From: Verrucomicrobiales bacterium
Lineage (GTDB): Bacteria; Verrucomicrobiota; Verrucomicrobiia; Verrucomicrobiales; V1-33
NCBI GenBank assembly: GCA_031411295.1
Contig: JANOAV010000038.1
Span: 14,345-78,344 of the forward strand
Length of the DNA stretch: 64,000 nt
Direction of reading: 5' to 3'
This document shows, one piece after another, positions 53,870-61,847 of this stretch (position 1 is its first letter; every line of letters starts with the position of its first letter). The position numbers were made by a program, and so were the translations under genes. Under the pieces are notes generated by a model that worked only from the letters and a program-made list of their open reading frames with translations, had not been told where the DNA came from and searched no databases.

Positions 53870-56518
53870 TTAGTGGGTGGCGGTTAAGCGGTAAAATTGA
53901 TGTCCGGGGCTGAACGGCACCGTGAGTTGCAGGGTGCAAATGGGGCCCTCAGTGGCGATCACTTGCGGCGTGATGGGCGTGGGCGTCCAGTTGCCAGCCA
54001 GGGTGGGGCTCTGTTGCACGCTAAGCACCACATCGCCTGCTCCCAGGCACTTTTGAAACGTCAACTGTAGGTCATTCCCGGCTTGGGCCACCTTCATGCC
54101 GCCGCCGGGGTCGGCCACCGTGGGCAGGGTGCCCTGGGCATACTCCACGAGATTCGGGATGCCATCTCCGTCCGCGTCCGCGCTGTCGGCCGCCAGGGCT
54201 GATCCCAAGTGCGCCAGTTTCCATCGGCTGTAGGCAGGCATGGCATCAGCCACGCGGAAGACCACCCCGCCGCCGTTGGTGCCACCAGCAGCAGTGAAGC
54301 CGAGCAGTTCCCCACTCGGGGTGAAGGACAGACCGCCAGCCACAGGATTACTTCCAACGCTGGTGGCAGGCCGCCCCGGGGCGTTGCCGCCATTTCCCGT
54401 GAAGGAAATGAGAGTCGTTAGTCCCGTCAGCGCCTCGTAGCGAAAGACCGTGCCCATCCCGCCGGTCCCGCCTGCCGCCGTCATGCCGTAGAGCGCGGCA
54501 TCTGGTCCCACCGTGAGCGTGCCCACGGGCTGGGTGCCCGTGAGTGAGGTAAATTCTGCCACGGCACTCCAGGTGTTGGTGCTGGGATCCACCCGCAGCA
54601 GAGTGCCTCCATTGGTCGTCCCGCCGAGGCTGGTGGTGCCATAGAGAAATCCATCCGTGCCCGTTACCAAGCCGCCCAAGGGCGTGCGTGGACCGCTCGC
54701 AGTAAACTCTGCCAAGACCGTGGGCGTGCCCGCTGCGCTTAGACGGAAGAGCGTGCCGGCGTTCGCGCTGCCGCCGGATTCCGTTAACCCATAGAAGTAG
54801 GTATTGGCCGCCAAAGCCAGCGGTCCCCGCGGGCGCTGGCCTTTCACCGCTCCCGAACTTCCCGTGAACGAAACCAGCCGCGTCCGACCTCCGGCGGTAG
54901 TAACGCGCGTTAGAGAACCCAGCGAAACCGACCCGCCCTCCCGACTCGATCCATACAGCGCCCCGTCCTGCCCCCGCACCAACGGACCTTCTGCCGCCGA
55001 ACCAATCCCCACGCTGTGATTGGCCACCAGGTTCAACCCGCTCGCATTGTAAATGTAAGTTGTGCCCCGATTCGACCCGCCACCTGCAGTCGTGACTCCA
55101 TAAAAATCAGTCCCCACTTTCAGCAAACCACCGCTGGGAGCTGCGCCCGCCGCGCCACCGAAGTCCGCCACCGCAGCCACGCTGGCAACGGCATTCGTGA
55201 ACGTCAGCCGCACCATGGTGCCAGCTCCCGCGCCCCCGCCTTCCAGCAACGGGCAGAGCCACGTGGTGGCGGATTCAGCCACTGGGGCTCCGGCCGGATT
55301 CCAACCTAAGGCAGTGGAGAAGTTCCCCAAATTCGTGAATCCACCAGCGGGAGTGACTTTGTAAACATTTCCCCGATTCCCCCCGCCGCCGGCACTCGTG
55401 GCCCCCCAGAAATTTCCATCCGTGCCCAGCACCAACCCCGCCCTGCTTGCGGCACCAGTAACCAAGCCAGAAGCGCCTGTGAAATTCACCAGCACCGTCG
55501 GCACGCCCCCGGTCGTCATTTTAAAGATCACCCCGGAACCATTGGTGCCGCCCCCGGCCGTAGTGCCATAGAATAAACCGTCCGCGCCCTTTACCAGCGG
55601 CCCCATCGGCTGCGAACCCGTGGCATCGGCAAAATTCCGCAGCGTCGTAAATACCGGGGATGCCGCCGTCGTGATCTTGAACGCCGTGCCGAAATCCGTA
55701 TTCGATCCCCCATATTCCGTCGTGCCATACAAGGCCGTGTCCGCCGCATTGTAAAACAAACCGGCTGCGGGAGCTGAGCCCAGTCGGGTGCCCGTGGTGC
55801 CGGTAAACTCCGTCATCAACGTGTAGGCGCCAGCCGTCGTGAGTTTGTAAATCACCCCCAGGCCATTCGCCCCGCCCGCCTTCGTCACGCCATAGAGCGT
55901 GCTCCCGTTAAACGTCAGCGCCCCCACCGGTTCTGCGCCCTTGGCGACTCCCGTCGTCCCGGTGAATTCCAGCAACGTGGAAAATAGACCGGCCGAAGTC
56001 AGTTTAAACACCGTGCCGAAACCACCCGTGCCACCCGCCTGAGTCAGCCCGTAGAAATTGCCATCGGAATGCTGCACCAGGCCAGCAGGGATGGATCCCT
56101 TGGCCGCTCCGGCAGTGCCGGTGAAATTTACCAAACTCGTGAATTGCCCCGTCAGCGAAATGCTGAACACCATCCCGAATCCATTCGTCCCGCCCGCCGA
56201 AGCCGTCCCGTAGAGCAAGCCATCCGTGCCCCGAATCAGACTCGCAGCCGGACCTGATCCAGTCGATGCGGTGAAGTTGTAAATGGTCGTCAGCCCCCCC
56301 GCGGGAGTCATCCGATAAATCGTGCCCGCATCCTCCGGACCGCCGGCCACCGTGGTGCCATAGAAATTTCCATCGGATCCTTCCACCAACGCCGTCAGCG
56401 GTTGGGCGCCCGGCAGCACGAATTCGTGGAGCGACTCGAACGTAGCCGCCCCTGCCGCCTGCCATGACCGACAAACCGCTAATACCACCAGCAAAAAAAG
56501 CTTCACCTGAAAATGCAT
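53870..56518 (-). CDS. Choice-of-anchor tandem-repeat GloVer (Gloeo_Verruco repeat) protein ending in the DxDxDG...HQFYRL module
   Basis: Signal peptide and ~18 units of 'G..P...L..G.DG.LYGTT..GG..G.GTVFK.T..G..T.L..FTG'. The C-terminus is not PEP-CTERM. Confidence 0.8.
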   Translation of the reverse strand: MHFQVKLFLLVVLAVCRSWQAAGAATFESLHEFVLPGAQPLTALVEGSDGNFYGTTVAGGPEDAGTIYRMTPAGGLTTIYNFTASTGSGPAASLIRGTDGLLYGTASAGGTNGFGMVFSISLTGQFTSLVNFTGTAGAAKGSIPAGLVQHSDGNFYGLTQAGGTGGFGTVFKLTSAGLFSTLLEFTGTTGVAKGAEPVGALTFNGSTLYGVTKAGGANGLGVIYKLTTAGAYTLMTEFTGTTGTRLGSAPAAGLFYNAADTALYGTTEYGGSNTDFGTAFKITTAASPVFTTLRNFADATGSQPMGPLVKGADGLFYGTTAGGGTNGSGVIFKMTTGGVPTVLVNFTGASGLVTGAASRAGLVLGTDGNFWGATSAGGGGNRGNVYKVTPAGGFTNLGNFSTALGWNPAGAPVAESATTWLCPLLEGGGAGAGTMVRLTFTNAVASVAAVADFGGAAGAAPSGGLLKVGTDFYGVTTAGGGSNRGTTYIYNASGLNLVANHSVGIGSAAEGPLVRGQDGALYGSSREGGSVSLGSLTRVTTAGGRTRLVSFTGSSGAVKGQRPRGPLALAANTYFYGLTESGGSANAGTLFRLSAAGTPTVLAEFTASGPRTPLGGLVTGTDGFLYGTTSLGGTTNGGTLLRVDPSTNTWSAVAEFTSLTGTQPVGTLTVGPDAALYGMTAAGGTGGMGTVFRYEALTGLTTLISFTGNGGNAPGRPATSVGSNPVAGGLSFTPSGELLGFTAAGGTNGGGVVFRVADAMPAYSRWKLAHLGSALAADSADADGDGIPNLVEYAQGTLPTVADPGGGMKVAQAGNDLQLTFQKCLGAGDVVLSVQQSPTLAGNWTPTPITPQVIATEGPICTLQLTVPFSPGHQFYRLTATH

Positions 56519-56629
56519 ACCGCGGAGGCTACCACTTTTCCCAAAGAAAGCACCAGAGTTTCATTGTAACCGAGTAGTTACGTTTATTCATTTTCCAAAA
56601 GCCACCGCCTCGTGCATGCTTCGGGGTCT

Positions 56630-57211
56630 ATGTTCCCTCCGCTCCGAAACGGTTCTCTCCTGACCAACTGCCTGCTCGTGCTGAGCGGAGCGGTGCTGGG
56701 GTCAGTGGGCACCCTCGTGCTGTGGAAGCAGTTCGGCAGCACCCCATCCCTTTCCACTGCGGCCGTATCCGCAGAGGAATCCAAAAAGTCGCCACCCCGG
56801 AACTCGGCGCTTCACCGCCGGGGTGGCGATCCTTTGATCAAGGAGGAGCAAATTTTAGCCGCAAACGATCCTCGGCACAAGTCGGATGATTTGCGAAATC
56901 TCGGGCAGGAAGTGGCCGATCAAGACTTGGCCCAAGCCATCGCCATGGCAGATGCGTTGAAGAACGAGGATGACCGCCTGAGCTTTTATCGGGGCATCAT
57001 GACCGCCTGGGCCGCGCGCGATCCCCTGGCCGCCGCTGCCTATGCGAAGGCCAATTTCCACCCCGGCAGCCTGCAAAGCGAGTCGCTCAGCATCGTGTTA
57101 GGGAAATGGGGGGCGCCGATCCCCAAGCCGCCTACCTCTGGGCGGAAAATAATCTATCCGGGCCGGTCAAAGACGAGAGCATTAACTCGCTGGTGCAGAA
57201 CTGGGCGCTAA
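56630..57211 (+). CDS. 'WxxxDPxAAxxW' helical-repeat protein, N-terminal part (frame broken at a G6 run)
   Basis: TM helix 'LLTNCLLVLSGAVLGSVGTLVLW', then 'AWAARDPLAAAAYAKANF...LGKWG'. After 57108-57113 the translation turns to noise (APIPKPPTSGRK...). Confidence 0.6.
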   Translation: MFPPLRNGSLLTNCLLVLSGAVLGSVGTLVLWKQFGSTPSLSTAAVSAEESKKSPPRNSALHRRGGDPLIKEEQILAANDPRHKSDDLRNLGQEVADQDLAQAIAMADALKNEDDRLSFYRGIMTAWAARDPLAAAAYAKANFHPGSLQSESLSIVLGKWGAPIPKPPTSGRKIIYPGRSKTRALTRWCRTGR

Positions 57212-58086
57212 CCGCCCCGCAGGCCGCCGCCAAATGGTATGAAGCCACCGGCAACACCAATCACGGGCTGCTCAACTCGCTCGCAGGAGCTTGGGCCAGC
57301 AATGATCCCGTAGCCGCCGCCAAGTGGGTTGAGAAACTGCCTGATCCCAAGAATCGGGAAATTGGTCAAGTAGCCGTCGCTGGACGCTGGGCTGCGCAGA
57401 ATCCAGAGGACGCCGCCGCCCACTACACCCCGGTCATTGCCGCCGCCAAGACCTCGGGCGACAAGAGTTCCACCGCCATCAACCTCGCCACCGTTCTCAG
57501 CGATATCTGGGGCACCACCAACCCCAGCGCAGCCGCCGACTGGGTGCAGAAGCTCCCCAACGGACCAGGCCGGGAAGAAGCCGCCAGCACCCTGGCCACC
57601 GTCTGGGCCGCGCAAGATATTCAGGCCGCCCTGAAATGGAGCGAAACGCTGGACGCAGGTGTGCGCAGCCAAGTGGTCGAACATTTGGCCACCACCTGGG
57701 GAGCCATCGAGCCCGACAAAGCCGTCGCTTGGGTGCAAACTCAGCCGGTCAATTTCCAAAAAGATGCCGCCGCCGGAGCCTATAATTCATGGGCCGGCAC
57801 GGATCCCGTGGGCCTCCAGGATTGGATCGACCACGATTCCGCCGGCCCTTACAGCGACACCGCCCGCCACAGCCTGGCCGATGTTTACAACGACACCAAT
57901 CCCACCCAGGCCATCAACTTGGTCCTCGGCCTCAAAGACGCCAACACCCAGGCCGACGTCATCGGTCGCTACTTCCGCAAATGGCGCAGCACCGACAACG
58001 CCGCCGCTCAAGACTGGCTCCAAACCGAATGGCCCACCCTGCCCACCGGAGTGCAACGGAAGCTAGCTGAAGAGCAGAAACGCTAA
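57106..58086 (+). CDS. 'WxxxDPxAAxxW' helical-repeat protein, C-terminal part
   Basis: 'GGADPQAAYLWAENNL', 'NWALTAPQAAAKWYEA', 'AWASNDPVAAAKWVEKLP', 'RWAAQNPEDAAAHY', 'IWGTTNPSAAADWVQKLP' and more. In frame with 56630.. if G6 is read as G7. Confidence 0.65.
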   Translation: MGGADPQAAYLWAENNLSGPVKDESINSLVQNWALTAPQAAAKWYEATGNTNHGLLNSLAGAWASNDPVAAAKWVEKLPDPKNREIGQVAVAGRWAAQNPEDAAAHYTPVIAAAKTSGDKSSTAINLATVLSDIWGTTNPSAAADWVQKLPNGPGREEAASTLATVWAAQDIQAALKWSETLDAGVRSQVVEHLATTWGAIEPDKAVAWVQTQPVNFQKDAAAGAYNSWAGTDPVGLQDWIDHDSAGPYSDTARHSLADVYNDTNPTQAINLVLGLKDANTQADVIGRYFRKWRSTDNAAAQDWLQTEWPTLPTGVQRKLAEEQKR

Positions 58087-58199
58087 AGCAGTCAACCTGA
58101 CCAGCGCACCGCTGCACCATGAGCTGGAGTCCCGCCTAGGCTGAACAACACGAAAAGCGCTACAGGCCAGGACGCTGAGCATGATCCTTCGCCTGAAGG

Positions 58200-59644
58200 C
58201 TCAGACATCCTGACCTGGCCGGAAAATCGATGATCTGATGGTTTGAAAAACGAGGGTTAGGTCCGTGCCTGGGTAGGTGGTTTCGGTCTCGTTGAGTTCG
58301 GCGCACAGGTGCTCCACCACAGTGTCGTGCATGGGGTTGGTTTGGCCGTGGAGTTCTACGATAAGCTGCTTTTGCTTTGGCTCAGAGCGCAGGTTGATGG
58401 TGGTTCTAAAGAGTCCCCGCACGAAGCTCCTGGCGTCGTCGTGGCGCTGGAGTTTCTCCCGCGCTAACTGCACGAGGCTGCTCTCGGCTCGGTAGGCGAT
58501 GAGTTTGATGCTGTCCATGAACTGTTTTCGCGCTGGGGCTAGTTGCTCCACTTTTTGCCCCGCTGGCAGCTCGGCTAGGGTGATGTGATGGGAGGGGTGA
58601 GTAGCCTTCCCGGTCGAAGACGAGGGTGAAGCGGTGCAGGTGGGGTTGGGCGCTGAGTTGCTCGTCACTGGGTTGGCCGGGCAGCTCCATGAGGAGGCGT
58701 GGGACGATGTCGTGCTCGAGGGTCTGTTGCAGGCCGGGGTCGATGGGTTTGGTCACGCAAAACAAGGGCGCTCCGTCCAGCGCGTTGACCCAGTAGTCGG
58801 TGGTGGCGCGCAAACATAGGCGCTCGCGGCTGATGTAGCGCCGGGGCAACTCGGCGAGCGCTCCATGATAGACGCGGGTGTGACCGTCGATGAGCAGGGT
58901 GCCTATGCTTTGGCTCTCGTCTCGGCCCATCCAAGCCTGAGCTAAGCACGCAGCCCAGCGTGCGGTGCGCTCGGGCGAGTCGGCCAGCAGGCCAATCTTG
59001 TGACGCAAGGTTCGCACCTCTGGGATGCGATCCATGCCAATGAGCTTGCCCCACTCCCCCGGCGGTTGGTAGCGCAACTGCTCGAGGCTCGACACACGCG
59101 CCAGCGCCAGCAAGGCGAGTAGCAAGAAGATGCAATCCATCTGATAGTAGCCCTTGGGCAGGCTAAAGCCCACCTCCTGCTGATGCCGCAGCAAGCCAAA
59201 AGCCAGCAGAGCAGGCAGGGCACAAATAGTGCCGCCATTGGCGATGTCGTGAGCGGCTTCAAACTCAAGCGGTGCACCATCAAGCAAGCCCAAAGCCGCA
59301 GCCATGCGCTCACACTCACGCGTTGTAGCAATGCCGAAGAGCGCCTCACCATCAGCCACACTGGGCTCACTGGCGCTAGTCGCGCTGCTCGGAGCCATGA
59401 CCTCTACAGCAACCTCCCGAGGGGCCGATGAAGCTGGCGCTAGCGCAGCGGAGGCGACAGGCTTTTTTTAAATCGCCCAGCAGTGATGGCCTTGTGCAGC
59501 GTCGTTTGCAGCACACCCATGGCCGCGCTGATCTCTGGCACCGCAGCGCCATCATCGAGCATCCCCTGAGCTTGGAGGATGCGTTCAGGCGTGAGCTTGT
59601 GCCCTTTGACAGGTTGTCACTACGTCCGCAGGTCAGGATGTCTG
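58200..59644 (-). mobile_element. Decayed insertion sequence (~1.45 kb) bounded by perfect 18-bp terminal inverted repeats
   Basis: CTCAGACATCCTGACCTG at 58200-58217 and its exact reverse complement at 59627-59644. The interior holds an HTH ORF, an A7 run and a fragmented transposase. No target-site duplication was recognised. Confidence 0.75.
58201..59398 (-). pseudogene. Transposase fragments (family not assigned): two overlapping frames, 58406..59398 and 58201..58668
   Basis: 'LLIDGHTRVYHG..AELPRRYISRERLCLRATTDYWVNALDG.PLF' then '...FTLVFDREGYSP'. The coding signal then moves to another frame ('KLIAYRAESSLVQLAREKL...LCAELNETETTYPGTDLTLVFQ'). The stop codon lies inside the left IR. The length is short for such an enzyme, so an internal deletion is likely. 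Confidence 0.6.
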
Positions 59645-59684
59645 AGGCTAGACCAGATTCCTCACCACCTGAACCAACGCAGTG

Positions 59685-60353
59685 CTACACAAACAGCGCG
59701 CGCAACTGCGGCAGGGTAATTTCCTCCAGCGTCTGCACCTTCAAATGAGCCGTGAGAAAGGATTCCAGCGGATGAGTGGTGCCCACGGCAATGGCTTTGG
59801 CTCCGGCGGCCAAAGCGGCGGCAATCCCCACGTGGGCGTCCTCGAAGACCACGCATTCAGATGCGGGGCGGCCGATCTTCTCCGCCGCCTTGAGGAATAC
59901 TTGGGGATCCGGCTTGCCCCGCGTGACATCCCGTTCGGCGGTGATGGCTGCGAAGTAGGGAGCCAGTCCCGTCATTTCCATAATGGTTAAAATATTCTCC
60001 AGCGACGTGGATGAACCCACCGAGCACGGGATTCCATCCGCCTTGAGGGCCTCCAGTAAGGTGATGACACCGGGCAACGGTTCGATTCCATCCCGCCGGA
60101 GCACCTCGCGATAAAGGGCTTCCTTGCGGTCTCCCAGTTGGGAAATTTTCTCCGTCTCCCCGGCCTTGGCCCAGGACGTGAATTCGGGAATGATCTTGTC
60201 ATTTCTCATGCCGAACGTGGCCTTGAAGAAGCCGTCCGGCAACGGTTGGTCCAACTCATCCGCCATGAGATCCCACGCGATTTCATGCGCGTGATGCGAA
60301 TCGATAATAACCCCGTCCCAATCAAATATGGCTCCTGTAAACATAGCGTCCAT
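59685..60353 (-). CDS. HAD-superfamily hydrolase (beta-phosphoglucomutase-like subfamily IA)
   Basis: Motif I 'AIFDWDGVIIDS', motif II 'CSVGSSTS', and motifs III/IV 'GKPDPQVF...VVFEDAHVGIAAALAAG'. Start set at the ATG at 60353 (MDAMFTG...), although ATG 60344 is also possible. Confidence 0.8.
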   Translation of the reverse strand: MDAMFTGAIFDWDGVIIDSHHAHEIAWDLMADELDQPLPDGFFKATFGMRNDKIIPEFTSWAKAGETEKISQLGDRKEALYREVLRRDGIEPLPGVITLLEALKADGIPCSVGSSTSLENILTIMEMTGLAPYFAAITAERDVTRGKPDPQVFLKAAEKIGRPASECVVFEDAHVGIAAALAAGAKAIAVGTTHPLESFLTAHLKVQTLEEITLPQLRALFV

Positions 60354-60482
60354 CCTTCCGATACTGTAGCCAGTTTGCAAGGAAAGTGCTGACACCGTGG
60401 GCGGATTTTCTGCGGGAGCATAAAATATTGTTTGCACATTGTCAGGTGTTCCAGTATTACTGGCACACAACGAACACATAGC

Positions 60483-60866
60483 ATGTTACCCTTCCAAATC
60501 AAAATCGTCGATGGCGTGCCTCCTTCGGACCAATTGGTCCTGGCGGTGCGGCGGGCGATTCTTACGGGGTTCCTACGGGATGGTCAGGAGTTTCCTTCAG
60601 TGCGCACGATCAGCCAGGAACTGCAACTCTCCCCCACCACGGTGCATAAGGCCATCGGGCAACTGCGGGAATCCGGTTTGTTGGCCTCGCGCCCGGGCGT
60701 GGGGATGGTGGTGCGCACGGACGCGATGCCTAGCAATGCGGATCGTCTGCTGCTGCTGAAGCCTGCGATGGAGGCCTTGGTGCGGGAAGCCGTGGCGCTG
60801 CATTTGCCGCCGGAGGAAGTCGCCAAGGCCGTGGAGAAAGCCATCACCAAGGCGCGCAAAATTTAA
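60483..60866 (+). CDS. GntR-family transcriptional regulator (short YtrA-like subtype)
   Basis: 'QLVLAVRRAILTG.LRDGQEFPSVRTISQELQLSPTTVHKAIGQLRESGLLASRPGVGMVV' winged HTH with a short C-terminal helix pair. Confidence 0.8.
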   Translation: MLPFQIKIVDGVPPSDQLVLAVRRAILTGFLRDGQEFPSVRTISQELQLSPTTVHKAIGQLRESGLLASRPGVGMVVRTDAMPSNADRLLLLKPAMEALVREAVALHLPPEEVAKAVEKAITKARKI

Positions 60867-60899
60867 CTGCTTTCATTATCATCTCAACTCCAGCACCCC

Positions 60900-61847
60900 A
60901 TGTCAGACGATCCCATCCGCTTTGAAAATGTGACCAAAAAGTATGGTCGCAAAATTGCTCTGTCCGATCTCACTTGGAGCGTGCCGCAGGGAAACATCAC
61001 TGCGCTGCTGGGACCCAATGGAGCCGGTAAGACCACTGCGATCAAGCTCATGGTGGGGCTGCATGATCCGGATCAAGGGAATGTCCATTTGCTGGGGCGC
61101 AATACCCGTAAACTTCGCACCAAGGAATTCGCGCAGTTGGGTTACGTCAGCGAGAATCAGAAGCTGCCAGATTGGATGACCGTAACGCAGTTTCTCGACT
61201 ACTGCCGTCCGCTGTATCCCACGTGGGATAAGGATTTGGAGCGGCAGTTAGTGAAACAATTTGCCCTCCCGATGCATCAGAAATTGAAGCAACTTTCACG
61301 CGGACAAGCGATGAAAGCTTCGCTGCTCTCCAGCATGTCTTACCGGCCACGAGTGTTGATTCTGGACGAACCCTTCAGCGGTCTGGATGCGCTGTCGCGC
61401 GATGAATTTATCGGTGGATTGCTGGAGTTGATGACGGGCGACGGTTGGACGGTTTGCATTTCCTCACACGACTTCTTCGAGGTGGAACGCTTGGCGGATC
61501 ATCTCGCCATTCTGGATCAAGGAACGCTCCGCGTGGATGAGCCAGCCAGTCAGTTGCAGGAACGGATGAAGCGCATCGTCCTCAACTTACCAGCCCAGGA
61601 ACCATTACCGGAGCACCTGCCGGTGACATGGCAGCGGGTCGAACGCAGTGGGGACTTGGTGCGCTTCGTGGACACGGCTTATGCTGCGGATGGCCATGGG
61701 GAACGTTTATCGGCACTGTTGCCGATGGCCCAGTTGATGGAAGTAAACGCGTTGAGTCTGCGGGAAATTTTCGTCTGCTTGTCGCTGCAGTTTCGCTGGG
61801 AACAAGCCACTGGCATCACTGCTGAAACCATCTCTGCCGCCTCATGA
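60900..61847 (+). CDS. ABC transporter ATP-binding protein
   Basis: Walker A 'GPNGAGKTT', Q-loop, signature 'LSRGQ', Walker B 'VLILDEP' and an H-loop 'SSHD'. Confidence 0.9.
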   Translation: MSDDPIRFENVTKKYGRKIALSDLTWSVPQGNITALLGPNGAGKTTAIKLMVGLHDPDQGNVHLLGRNTRKLRTKEFAQLGYVSENQKLPDWMTVTQFLDYCRPLYPTWDKDLERQLVKQFALPMHQKLKQLSRGQAMKASLLSSMSYRPRVLILDEPFSGLDALSRDEFIGGLLELMTGDGWTVCISSHDFFEVERLADHLAILDQGTLRVDEPASQLQERMKRIVLNLPAQEPLPEHLPVTWQRVERSGDLVRFVDTAYAADGHGERLSALLPMAQLMEVNALSLREIFVCLSLQFRWEQATGITAETISAAS

